From positions 10,585,346 through 10,649,345 of the forward strand of contig JASCQW010000119.1 in the NCBI GenBank assembly GCA_030264375.1: a DNA stretch of 64,000 bases. Reading direction: 5' to 3'. This DNA comes from Carcharhinus longimanus. Lineage: Eukaryota. Shown piece by piece: positions 38,401-51,247 of this stretch (its first letter is position 1; each line of letters opens with the position of its first letter). Both the position numbers and the translations under genes were made by a program. The notes beneath the pieces were generated by a model. That model did no database searches and had not been told where the DNA came from. It worked only from the letters and a program-made list of their open reading frames with translations.

Positions 38401-41129
38401 GTCTGTAATCTGTCTTTAATGACGAGCATTCTATGTTGATTTTCATCATATGCAATTGTATAAAGCTTTGAAAATCACGGTCATGATCAAATACCACTAC
38501 GTCTATGTTTTAGCGCTGGAAAGTAAACTCCCTGTTGATGGTGAGTAGTTGATAACATTAAATATTACAGAAAATGATCATAACAACAGTATTGCACATT
38601 GTTTGACAAAGAAACGTGCATTTTTGATAGTTTAGTTTTAATCACTCACAGATTCCACTCTGTATCACATTACCTTTTATAGACAATAATACGACAGTAC
38701 AGAACATTGTTGAACGTTGAAAATTATGCACTCACTGCAAAGGTATCCGAACTAGGCGGAAAATGAAACTCAACCATTCGATAGGTGGAGGCACGGGCAT
38801 CAGCTGTGCATAATGTTAAAGTATTGAGCGTATTGCAAGGTTTTACATAACCTATGGTTGTTGAAATGTGAACATGTTTTTCCAAATAGTTTTTATTTTG
38901 GTTTTGGTTACGTGACAGACCGTGAGCTCCGTGAAAGCGATGCAGGTGAGCAATGAAACCGGTGCCTGTTTGCTTTGTCTGGTATGTGCAAATTTATGAA
39001 AATTGTCTTGTGGACTCCAGCCAGTTGATTTGACACATCCCGTCATGCAACCAGTCGTAGAGCTAAACAGAAATTGTTTAGCATTCATCGCTTTCAATAA
39101 AAACAATTTCTATAATGCGCTGGAAAGAAACAATGTCTGAAAACTGTGAAAATGTCGTAAGCAGGCAGAATAATGCAAATGGATAAAACCTGGTAGAATC
39201 TTTACTATTTAATCTGCCCATTGATTGCCGTTTCGGAGGTCGAGATGGTAAATGATTCAAGCCGTGAATAGCCGTCAGCTGAAAGTGGACAGCATGACTT
39301 TGATATTCTAGAGACCAGTATGAAAGGAATGCCAAGGCTTCGCCGGCCTTTGCCACCAGATAAATTATGACATGACTTCTTAAATTAACACATTACAGCA
39401 CAGCCAGCCTCGTACGTTTATATTTGCAATTTTGCATCAGGAACATAAGAAAATCAACACGATTCGTTGCCAGTAGACCAGTAAAGCGGCCCTGTTTGCG
39501 TTACTATTCTAACAAAAAAAAACATTCAAAGACATAATGATTAGAAGGCAAACTGGAACCCAAGGATAAATTGCGAGGGCAGAATAACAACAGTTCATAA
39601 TCCCGGGAAATTAAAATTGCGTCCGTCTTCAAGATTTGAAAGTTATATTTAAAAAAGTTCATTTGGAAACAAAAAAAGAAACCGCCACTGTCAGTTACAA
39701 GTCCCTGACACAAGAGGCCTCATCCACAATTTACATCTGGTCTTTCAGGGCTGAGAATGGGAAGCCATTTTTCTTCCTTATGTCTATAACAGGTTTGCAA
39801 TTTGTTGGTTAAATGTTAAAGCTTGCGGAAGGAGTTGCCCAACTCTCACTGTTGCACGCTGTAGTATTGGCCCTGCCAAATTTGTATAAGATGTGGTGAA
39901 GAAGAAAAAAGGGTGCTGTGTATGTGCAGGTTCATGCGTTGGGAGCTTAACATTCGTAAAAAAAAACCAAAATGACGATCCAGCTGTTTAACTGTTGCCA
40001 ATCTTGCTTCGGCATGGTATACGTCATATTTTCCCTCCGTATCTCTGATGTCGTGCATGTTTGCTATGCCTCATTGGTATGGAATGGTGCAAAAATTCAT
40101 CGGAGTTCTGTGGTAGATTGAATTTGATTGGGTTAAAAATGGATGGAATATATCTGATTCAGTTCCTAATGTGCATTTATGAAAAGCAAGAATAAGGTAT
40201 GAACAGCAATTGTTTTGTGTATTCGACGCTGAATATTTTGAACATGTGCCCTTAAGAATTACTTAATTACAATTTTGCAGAAGCAACATTGGTGCTCCGA
40301 AAATATATGTGCCCTGGGACTTCACCCAGCCTGGAGCGACTGCACGTTCGTAGTTCCGATTGGTCACAGATGTCATGGCTCCTTGTTTTACGGCCTTGCC
40401 CCCACTGAAACAATGATCACAAATACAATCACACGTTGATGTCAAAACAACAAAGAAAGAAGGGATGGGTACACTTGAAATTGCAGCTTCAATTAGTCCA
40501 TGCAATTCATCCGGTGAATCACCAAGAAGGCCTCTGCTTAACAATTAGAGGGTCAGATAGATTTAAGGGAGTAACATGCAGATCGTGGTTTATCATGAAT
40601 GTGGGATAAAACAATTTTGAAAGCAGTTTTTCGAAACCATCGAGTTACCTGGCTTCAGGGTAGGCACAGTGCATGCAATGCAATTTTCTGACTCAGTATT
40701 TCAGCTCGCGTTAATATCATTATATCGGTCTACTTATAGTCGTCAGGATTGCAATCAAATTCATCTTGCTTACCCCACTTCCAATATATTCGCAGACTCT
40801 CACTCTGTTTACTCAGCTACCCGGACAACATATCTCTCTACCCAAACTAAAGGACAGCTCAGCCGTTGGAACGAATGCCTAATGCTCCGCCATTGCATTT
40901 ATGTTGATCTGTCACTTAGCACTGTCATCGTTTTAGCCCGTCAAAGTTTGATAACTGCTTCAGAGAAATGCTAAGCATACGGCTGTTGGATTGCAATTTC
41001 AGAATCTCAGAGTCTGGTTTATGCACGGTGACTTCTCGATTTGCAGTCATATAGCGTGAATGTGGTAATCGCGGATCATTGTTCTATATGAATATATATT
41101 GTATACAATAATATATGTTATATATATTC

Positions 41130-41458
41130 GGGGCGGCACGGTAGCACAGTGGTTAGCACAGTTGCTTCACAGCTCCAGGGATCTGGGTTTCATTCCCAGC
41201 TCGGGTCACTGTCTGTGCAGAGTCTGCACATTCTCCCCATGTCTGCATGGGTTTTCTCCAGGTGCTCCGGTTTCCTCCCACAGTCCAAAGATCCGCGGGT
41301 TAGGTGGATTGGCCAGGCTGAATTGCCCCCTAGTGTCCCGGGATGCGTAGTTCAGAGGGAGTAATGGGTAAAATGCGGAGATTGGGCGTGGGTGGGATTG
41401 TTGGCGATGCAGATTCGATGGGCCGAATGGCCTCTTTCAGCAGTGTAGGGTTTCTATG
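41130..41458 (+). mobile_element. Near full-length tRNA-derived SINE with CR1-type tail (HE1-like elasmobranch SINE architecture)
   Basis: ggggcggcacggtagcacagtggttagca (A box), gggtttcattccc (B box), tgcacattctccccatgtctgc core, gatgggccgaatggcct...ttctatg tail. Confidence 0.92.
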
Positions 41459-41899
41459 GATAATTCCTATGGTTTATATGGATATGAGATCTCCGCTGGT
41501 ACAGTTGCAATGCATCATATGCTCTCTTAGATTATTCTCTTGTATTTACGTAAATAGGCTCAAATTCATAGATATCGTTTAATTGTTGCATATAGCAGCA
41601 TCAAGCAATACAATTATACCGGTGATAAATGTAGTTTAAAATGTACGTGCACGGAATATCCGGCAGCTCCAAATAAAAGTTACAAAGACAGCACGTGAAA
41701 TTCCACCAAGCAACAGCCTATCAAATGGACCAACTTGTATCTGAATACACTGATTTGACCGAATTGAATGTTTGTAATTCATGGGCGACAGGTCGAAAAA
41801 TATTTCGATGACTAAGAAAAATGTTTACCTGCTTACCAATGACGGTTCTATAAAACCAACATATTATGCTGCTCCACAACATGATTATCTCTCTGTGAC

Positions 41900-42920
41900 A
41901 TCCAGTATTGCATATCGGAATGGAAGCTTATGGCTACTGGCGTTTCTCATGGATCACTGCTGGGATCACTGCTGTTTGTAATACAAATGTATAACTGATT
42001 TGGTGGAAATAAAACTGGTTTGATTAATACGTTTGTGGACAATACACAGGTTGCTGGAATTGCGATTCGCAATGAGGATAGTCATAAGATACGGCATGAT
42101 ATCGATAGATTGGAGACTTGGGTGTAGAGATGGCAGACCGAGTTTAATCTGGACAAATGTGAGGTAATGCGTTTTGGAATGTCTAATACAGGTGGGAAAT
42201 ATCTAGTAAATGTTAGAACACTTAAGTGTATTTGTAAGCAAATGGGTCTGGGTGACAAATACAAAGATCACTGGAATAGCAGCGAAGGTGGAGAATGTAG
42301 TCAAGAAGGCATAACCTACGCTTGCCTTCATTGGCTGGGGTATTGAGTTAAAAAATCGGCAAATCATATTGCAGTTTTATAGCACCCTAGTTCGGCCAAA
42401 CATAGAAAATTGTGTTCAATTTTGGTCGCCACAATACATGAAGGATGCGGAGGCTTTGGAGAAGTTACAGAAAATATTTTCCAAGATGTCGCCTGGTATG
42501 GAGGGCAATAGCTCTGAGGAGAGGTTGAAAAAAAAACTGATGTGTTCTGACCAGAAAGATGGAGGTTGATGGGCGAACTGACATTCGTCCATCAGGATTA
42601 TGAGGGACATGGACAGTACGGATATTAAAACGATATTTTTTTCCCCAGAGTAATAATCTTAAGGGTGAAGGGGCAAAGCTAAAAGGAGATGCAGGTGTAA
42701 GTTTGATTTTACACAGAGGGTTGTGAGTGACTGGAATTCGTGCCAGGCGTGAATTTGGAGCAGATACGACAATGATTGTTAAGGAGCGCCAGGACAAATA
42801 CATGACCAGGATGCGAGTGAAGTTACATTGCTTCCGGAAGGGTAGAGGTTTTAGTTCACACCGGTAACATGCTTGGAGGCCCGAAATGCCTGTTCCTGCG
42901 CTATAATTGTATTTGTTCTT
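41900..42920 (+). mobile_element. CR1 LINE 3' portion
   Basis: WQTEFNLDKCEVMRFG and LVRPNIENCVQFWSPQYMKDAEALEKLQK motifs, plus tail ggcccgaaatgcctgttcctgcgctataattgtatttgttct. Confidence 0.92.
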
Positions 42921-43123
42921 TGTTTTTTTTATCCTTAAATGCTGCACGTGGGATAACGCTGGTGAAGTCAATTTCCATAGACTAAAAATTAAATAGAGTA
43001 TACTCCTGAAACGGAAAGAAATTGAAACAACTGACAAAAGATCAGGGCAGCAACGATAGGCTGAATATTATTGTCATTTCAGAGGATTAGTTAACAGCTT
43101 CGTTTCATCCGTCTTCTCCCCAG

Positions 43124-43159
43124 AAATTGCGACTCTGAAGAAACGTCTGCAAGATGCAG
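43124..43159 (+). CDS. 36-nt phase 1-1 micro-exon, (E)IATLKKRLQDA
   Basis: ccgtcttctccccag|AAATTGCGACTCTGAAGAAACGTCTGCAAGATGCAG|gtcgga; 8 of 12 residues identical to the 3884 exon; donor is weak. Confidence 0.7.
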
Positions 43160-43649
43160 GTCGGACAAGAACAATAAAACATTTTTTTTTCTAAGATCCA
43201 ACTTTCCCTCATTTTTCTAAGCGGAACAGAACGGAGTACTTGGAGCTGGTTAGTTCAAGGACTGGCTTGTAACAATAACCGTGTTCCATACTTTGTTTAG
43301 TATATCAGTCACTCAGTGATAACGTAGTGTTGATTCGCCAACATGACTCGTCCCATTCCATGCAGTGCATTTTCAAATCGGTTTTCGTTAGATTGAACAT
43401 TTTTACGCTATGCAGAGAAGGAATGGGGGAAAATTGCCAAGTCAGAATGCAACGGTATTTAGGGCGCCATGTAGGGATCTTGATTTTCCAATGCGCTTAT
43501 TGCAAGATCAGGGCTTCAGAATGCTTTGTGAAATGCATTACCTGACGGTCAAGTTTGGGAGAAGTGGGCACATGAAATCATGAGTGAAGTGCTAGTCAAG
43601 CGGTCTGCCATTTTCATGAATGAGTAAACGTCTGTGTAGAATTTTTTCG

Positions 43650-44095
43650 TAGAACATAGAAACATCGACAACACAAACAGGCCGTTCGGCCCACAAGTTG
43701 CGCCGACGATATCCCGATCTACCAGGTTTACCTATAACCCTCATTTATATTAAGTCCAATGTACTCGTACAGAAGTCTCTTAAGAAAAAAAACTTATCGA
43801 ATTTGCCTCCACCACCACCGACGGCAGCGTATTCCACTTCCGCACTAACCTCTGAGTGAAAAACATACCCCTTATATGTCCTCTGGACCTACTCCCCAGC
43901 ATTTAAACCTGTGTCCTCTCGTAGCAACCAGTGCAGCCCTGGGGAAAAAAAAGCCTCTGAGAATCCGCCCAATCTATGCCTCTCAACATCTTATCCAATT
44001 CTATCAGGTCACCTCTCATCCTTCGTATCTCTAAGGAGAAAAAAACCAAGCTCCCTCAAAATATCCACATAAGGCATGACACCCGATCCATATGA
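43650..44095 (-). mobile_element. CR1 LINE 3' end
   Basis: tagaacatagaaacat tail, caggccgttcggcccac, ctctcaacatcttat...aggtcacctctc (reverse of RGDL.E..KM). Confidence 0.88.
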
Positions 44096-44775
44096 CCGAA
44101 AGCAAGTTTGACGACCAAATTCCCAAATGGAGGTGACACCTTTGTTACAATAGGCGGACACAGTTTTTGGGACCCAGCAGAAATGTTGCAAAACAAGAAG
44201 CAGAATGCAAACATTCTGAAAGCCTCTTCCTCTCCCCTAGATGCATTTCTTTTTATGTTCCGCCCAGCGAGATTGCTTGCACAAGCAAGTACACAAGCGA
44301 CTGACACTTGTGTACTGAAGTATCAAGGGGAACGTGATGTTGTTGCGCTCTCTCTCTCTTTATATTTCTTTCTTATTCCTTGCTCCCCTCCCTCCCCTCT
44401 CCTCCTGTCGTTCGATATGTTTATTCTTCACAATGTGTTTTCTGATGCCCAAAGAAACAACAATATTACAGTTAATTGGTGCATTTCAATTATCCATTGA
44501 CTATGAGCTGTTCGTGCAAGTTGTTGTTTAATACTGGATCTCTTAGTTTGTTCGATACTTCGCTTTGTATCGGTGTACACAATTGCTTACTGACATACGC
44601 ATAGATAACACGTAACATCTGTAAACCACGAATATGTAAGTTCGTACATGTCAATCGGCAGACATATCCATCTCTGTCTTTGGTTTAAATAAACAAGTCC
44701 TTCCTAGCGATCTGAAATGTCAACAGCTTCGAGAGATTTCAATATTGGGCAATATGTTTCTTCTATTGTAAACAG

Positions 44776-44808
44776 TAACAAAAGCAAAGCTCTCTGGATC
44801 AAAGCGTG
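44776..44808 (+). CDS. Possible 33-nt phase 1-1 micro-exon with GC donor, (V)TKAKLSGSKR
   Basis: tttcttctattgtaaacag|TAACAAAAG...AAGCGTG|gcaagt; fits phase and consensus GC donor but not the 27/36 rule. Confidence 0.3.
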
Positions 44809-47654
44809 GCAAGTACCCATTTAAATAACGGACGAGGCATTTGCGGACACTTGGCTTGCCCAGGGTTGGTTATCCGACTTTATTGCAACCGAAAAAAAGA
44901 TGTAATTCTAGGTGTGGGGCTGACTGTGGTTTGCCAAGATAATTTAAACATAATTCATGAAAAGACTGATTATGGGTTGCATTCTGCAACACTCACTTAA
45001 GTGTTGTATCAATTCCAAATATTCATCTTGAAAAATATAATTGTAGATCGATTAGATGTCGTGGTTGCAGTTTTAGGTTATACTTCCCTAAAGGACCGAG
45101 TCATCATCACGAGTAGACATATGTTTAATTCTGGGAGCGGCTTTCAGTATGTTGTAGGGTTGTTCTTTCTTTCAGAGTACCCGGTCCCAAAGTATAAATG
45201 CCCACTCTCCTCGAGTAGGAATACCTTTTGAAGAGGAGGTGGGACCACGACCCTTTTCTCTGTTGAGCGACTGAAATATATCGGCTGCTACTTTCATGGA
45301 AAGGTTGAACTAGGATGCACAATTCTACCAATGCAACAGCGCACAAGACAAGTTTCAATGTTATCTTAGAAAAGGATTTCATTTTAGTGTGTAATGTTTT
45401 TGATAAAGCCAGCATTCTTCTCCACATATGAATGCAGGTGCGCTAAATGGTGTTTTCTGTTTTGTTAATGTGACACCTTCCCCTGGCTGGGTGATAGGTA
45501 AAGAAAATCTTGTTGACGTTCTCCAGTTCAGCTAGAATCACATCGATGTAATAACGAATGTGGTTCAACAGACTGGCAGGGAGTGCATATGGCCCAAACG
45601 GAAATAACGCACCTCAAGGGTATATTAGTTGAATTACGTCGGAACATTTTGGCAATTGGTATACGTGTGGTGCATTACTTAATGTTGAAGCGTGTAATGT
45701 GATAAAACTCTGTATTAATTCACTGGACTTTGGCAATATTTTTGGTCAAATCCGCAGCTCTCCCATTAAGAGAGACGCTGCATTAATTGGTTTGCTGTGT
45801 GTGACAATGGACATTAATTTATCAGTGCTGTTGATCAAATTTGAAATTAAAACCTTGTGACAAAGTTCTCAAGAAGTGAGGATCGCACAACAATTTTAGT
45901 TCTGACAGTCAATTTCGCAGTAGGTAAAGTAGAAATTATCAGATATCCCGCCAAATCATGACTACACCGTTTGATGAATCAGACATGAAGGGCAGTATAG
46001 TTAACTATACTGCATCTTTTTTTTGTTTTGTTAATGTTATATGCACAGATCTGGAACCTGCTGATGAGTTTGTATCACGCAATTGAAAAAAAAAAGCTAG
46101 TCATAGATACATGAAGACAAATGACACAAAATATTCATCGCGCTTATTGGGGATGTGAAGTGGAACAACGGTTAAGTTTTCGCATGACATCTCTGTCCCT
46201 ATAAATTTGTTGTGTGCATTGTTCCAACAAAAATGCATTTTGGAAGACGACTAACATATGTTCATTGAATTGCCTTCGCCTCCGAAATTAATTTATTTAT
46301 CTGCAAAGCACCCATCTCGACAAACACACATCAACATGCAATACAGTTGTATTATCACATATCGCCCTAGCGCATGCGTCGATGACCAAACAATTGAAAT
46401 ACCACTACACCAGCATCACACTACTAGGCAATTGGGGAATCAGTAAAATAAGCCTGTTCCAATGAATTCTTATTCTGCATTCCATTTACGGAGCAGGTTA
46501 GAAATGCATATCTGATATAGTACATTTAATTAATCGTTAATATCTGTCGTCTCTGCTAAAATTGTTTGATGCTTTATGTTTTGGTTCATTAAAATCATAA
46601 CTTATTAATGTCAGCATAAATTCCACTTAGAAACACTCTCCTCAAACGATGTTATTTAATAAGTGCATTAAACTTGCCCTTCGACATTACTGACAATCCT
46701 GTCGATGGACAAGAAATTGTCTGACTTTATTTATGAATAAAATCATGCCGACTTTTTATCAGAATCCAACTTTTTTTTATTTTTCGAATGCCAAAATGTT
46801 AATTATGCTTGCAATTTCTATTAAAATGGAAATACTTAGCTGTGACAATGTTCTCAGTTGGAGCAAAGTTTATCGTGACATTAACTGGAGTGAAGACATG
46901 AAATTACGTTGGAAGCAATGTCACTTATCGTGATAAGCAGGGAATTGTTTGCAGACTCTAAAGGGGAGATGGGCATTGAAATAAAGGAAGTCTTCAGATT
47001 GAGCAACATTCAGTTGGACCAACATTTCCAGAGCTACAGTGCTAACATTTCTGTGACTGGTTAATTGCCTTTCGCTATGGTTGTGTAAAATACATACATG
47101 AAAATCATAAAGAATGGACGTCTTATTTCAGAGAATGAAGAAAAGCTGAATACACTGAAGGAATTAGGTGAGGAAGCAATCCTCGAGTGGCTTATTGAAA
47201 TATCTGTGCAGACCATTGTTGCACCGAATGTTTGGCACAATGAAACTAAATTTATCTTCAAATGATGTTCTCTTATATGCAAATTCGATGTAAAATTGTC
47301 ATTATCGGTGGAAACAGGGATAGCACCTATACCTGAATATATCCACACAGCATGGTTTTAGTCAGCATTGTAATGCCAACATCATAAAGACATGTTCTAC
47401 GTAATTGCAACGTCAATATCTATCTATCTCATATGCAGGCTGATCAAATTGTTTTTCAGACATCTGTTCTTGTATGGGAAGAAATGTCGTCCAGTAGATC
47501 TTCGAATGATTTTGGACAAAAGCAATCATGAGTAACTGACTACATTCCAACCCTACAACTTTTGGAAGTCCAATCATTTCAAGGCAACATTGGCAAAATT
47601 GTATTATTCTTAGTGGCAAGATGAGGCATCAATAATAAATTTGTTCTGGCATCA

Positions 47655-47968
47655 ATCAAAGAATCGCTACAGCACAGAAGAGGACGTTCGGCCCGTCGTG
47701 TCTGCATCCCCACAATCCACCCAATTCCTATCCCCGTGACCCTGATTGGCCCTGCTAATCCCTTGACACTTGTGTCAATCCAGCATTATCAGTCAATCTA
47801 ACCCGCATATTTTTGGACTGCGGGAGGAAACCGGAGCACCTGGTGGAAACCCATGCACATACGGGGAGAATTTGTAAAATCCAGGCAGGCTCTGACCCGA
47901 GGCTGGAGTAGAACCCGTGTCCCTGGCACTGTGAGGCAGCACTGATAAACGCCGTGCTACCGTGCCGC
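47655..47968 (-). mobile_element. tRNA-derived SINE
   Basis: gggaggaaaccggagcacc, acggggagaa, tccctggcactgtgaggcagcact...ccgtgctaccgtgccgcc (reverse head). Confidence 0.9.
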
Positions 47969-48709
47969 CTTTAAATAGTGACTCAGTAGGAGGAGTCAGC
48001 CACCAAAGTCATACCGCTAATTTCCATGCTTATGACTTTGGCCATATTCTGAGATACTGGGCTGCTGAGACTCTCATATATGCCAACTGTGGAGTTAACT
48101 AGAACAACCACTATCATGCTTGTGACGCAGTCGGTATTTTGAAAGATTGCTAGTCTCACGCCTTCACCACTTTTTCTGTCTTCAATAGTAAAACTGTCAC
48201 CTGGTCCATCAACACCTATGAATTTAGATGTTTTCTTTTTCTTCCCAAAGCCTTCATCTCTGCATACCTCTGACTTTTTTCTGCTTCACAATACATTGAA
48301 TTGTGAGCATGTTTGAAATTCTGGTATTTTCATAATTTCGCCTTTTAAAAGTTGCAAAAGTCTTGGTTTTGCCTTCAGCAGCCAAAAGCTGAAGATCATC
48401 TAGACCCTCTCAAGCATCTTTTTTATCGAAAAAAGCATCATATTTTCATCTAAGATGTTTCAAATCGACTCCCTCAGGAACGAACATGTATTCATTGGTT
48501 CAAATATTATCATTCTGCACTCGATCTCATTTTGTTTTTGGCAGACAGACGTGTGAAATGTCATTTGGATGCCGTTACGCATATAAAGTTTCGTTGATGC
48601 TATTTCATATTCAATGCATATTTCACCACAATCAAAAACCCGAGGGATGTTAGGTGTAATCGCCACACACATTTCATATTAATTTCTGTAACCTACTCTA
48701 AATGAACAG

Positions 48710-48736
48710 AAAAGGAAATTAAAGACAAAACGAAAG
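48710..48736 (+). CDS. 27-nt phase 1-1 micro-exon, (E)KEIKDKTK
   Basis: aatgaacag|AAAAGGAAATTAAAGACAAAACGAAAG|gtaact; 6 of 9 residues identical to the 38374 exon. Confidence 0.7.
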
Positions 48737-49538
48737 GTAACTATATTCTTAAGCGCTGTTTTCGGTTCTATTTTTTAAACTTGACTACAGTGTTTATAGT
48801 GAAGATTTGCTGTTGTTGTATAAAGCGTGCGTTTGGAAGGGTTCAGTTTATTTAATTTGCTTCATCCTAAATGTGAAACATAAATTCACAATGAAGCCTG
48901 ATGTCTCTGAAAAAAAAGACGTAGGACCCGTTTGCTGTAACTAATAAGAAATGTTGAAAACGAACTATCATTCTGGTTGGAACGAAATTCTGGTTAATCA
49001 GATTCAAAGCTTTCGTTCAAATTTTGCAACTTTTTCGATGATTGAATAGAATTAGTTCAAATTCCGCCACATAAAGATGACAAATGTAGGTATTTAACGT
49101 AGAAGATTTGCTCAAGATATGGATAGATTAATTCCAATGATGAAACACTTCCGAACACGAGAAACAAAGGCGGGCAAAACTCATTCAGACATGGCGCCAT
49201 CAATGATACTGAACATGTAAAATGCCGTGGACTTCCCGAAATCGCATCATCAAACGTTTCTTGGACTGGGGCCTCAATCGCAGATTGAATGTGAAACTGT
49301 TTGTGATCGAATTCACTGAAGGTTCATCAAAACACAACTGTGGAATTTGGAGCGCAACAAAAGTTAGTTGCAAGTCTCCAGTGGCATCGCCTGGACTCCA
49401 TCAATTCCTGACATTTTTCTGGTTGCATTTTTAATAATTTTGCTTTTAGAGCTTATATGTTGATAAAGTGCATTTTTTTCTGCGAGCATTTCCCGTTGAT
49501 TGTATGTCAACAATTGGTTTTGTTTGTTTTATCATCAG

Positions 49539-49574
49539 AACTGGATTCAATATCAGAAGAGCTGCACAAGAAAG
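49539..49574 (+). CDS. 36-nt phase 1-1 micro-exon, (E)LDSISEELHKK
   Basis: Duplicate of 29830 with both splice sites. Confidence 0.65.
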
Positions 49575-51220
49575 GTGCGATGGAAGTACCAAAGGAAATG
49601 CTTCAAATGAAGACCCCGACTATATTCGCGAACGGGAACGTGGAGATAACATATTTCGATTGAAACTTTGATCAGTACTTGAATCATGGAATCTACATCT
49701 ACATATATCGTTATACCCGAGTGACAGAGGATGCCGATTAGCCTCGACCAAAATCCTCACATGCAGGAATGTGACAAATCACGACATTGTATAATTAATA
49801 CATCGCTACTCTCGGTAACAATGGATTACTATAGTTTGGAATAAAGACTAGCTATTAAATCCATATTTCAGATGTATTCTGAGTTATCATATTTTATTAT
49901 TTTGTTCAAGTAATGGGTTACCAAATACATAGCTTTCCCACTGAAATAACGGTCTTGCTGAAAAAGATCGACGAGCACTTCCTCTTCTGAACTATAAACT
50001 TCTTCATTTCTCATCCTGAACTTCCGAGTGCTGCTTTACTACAGCTGGCCTGCCAGTGGTGCTTTCCCATTCTCAGGCTGTCCTGATTTTCTAGCCCTCA
50101 CTCAAAGTCAGTTTATCGAACCCCTGCTGAGTCATGACCTGTGTGCGCATCATGCGTAGAATGAGGATGACGTCTGACCTGCGAAACATTACAAATGCTA
50201 TATTTCCCATCTGGTAAATATATTCAAATTTGTGCGGACACCGCTGAGATTTTGGAAACATTGGTCATTTGTAAATGCGAGCTTCCATAACAGTTAAGCG
50301 GTAGGAACATTAACGTGCAATTTGGAGTGACATGCAGGTAAAATCGACGAAGGTTGACACATTTTATTTCCTGATCACCCGTTTCACTATACGTTTGGAG
50401 TTTTATATTTTGTAAAACCGATAGCACATTCCCGTTTTTTTTTCATTATTATCAATTAAACTTGAACATCCCCAGCTCCTATCGAGAGATGCAATGTTCG
50501 CGTATCATTAGCCCAACGATAGTCAAGTGAAATTACTACTTTCTACGAATTCACAAAAAAGACATTCGTTGATCACATTGAAGTTGTTTGTTTTATATTT
50601 GAACGAAACAAATTCAGCAGAATATGAGTCAATTTGCATGTGCTAACATGCTATTCAAATCTCCTTCACTGTGGGATTGCATATGAGTAAATCCATTGCT
50701 TAAGAATGGTCCCATTCCTCGTTAAACAAACAACACATAACAAAGGAGTAGTCGGTATTAAATTAGAATTGTAACAGAAAAGAAAATCTTGTCACGATTA
50801 TACTGATGCGTGGGACTTGTACTAATTTTCTGAAAGCGGCTGCAGACTCCATGATGTTCTCTCCTTTTCTGAAAGTGCTGTCAAACATTGTATTTCGGAA
50901 TATTGCAACTGTAAATATTAAAAATATACATTACTTGCTCCTTTGTTACATTGTTAATCTAGTTAAATAGGAATTACGCCAAGAATGATGCATCCCATAT
51001 TTTAAATGGATTCACGTCAAATATCCCAATTCGCAATTTCCAAAACTGTTCATTACGTAAACATGAACTTCAACGATTTCTGAAACAGTGGCAACAAATA
51101 ATCAAGATCGACCAATTGATGGCATACAGGGAATTGGAACGGTAATATAGAATTTGAGGAGTAAGATTTCCCGTTTTCTTTGTTTCAAATGTACGCTAAA
51201 ACATATTGCATTTTCAACAG

Positions 51221-51247
51221 ATAAACAGCTACGAGCAAAACGTTTTG
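51221..51247 (+). CDS. 27-nt phase 1-1 micro-exon, (D)KQLRAKRF
   Basis: ttttcaacag|ATAAACAGCTACGAGCAAAACGTTTTG|gtaaga; duplicate of 31527. Confidence 0.7.

Noticed and set aside
41130-41205. tRNA-like sequence with A and B boxes
   Set aside because: It is the head of a SINE, not a tRNA gene; same for the other SINE copies.
46900-47200. LKGRW motif suggesting a Harbinger DDE remnant
   Set aside because: Single five-residue match with no supporting motifs.
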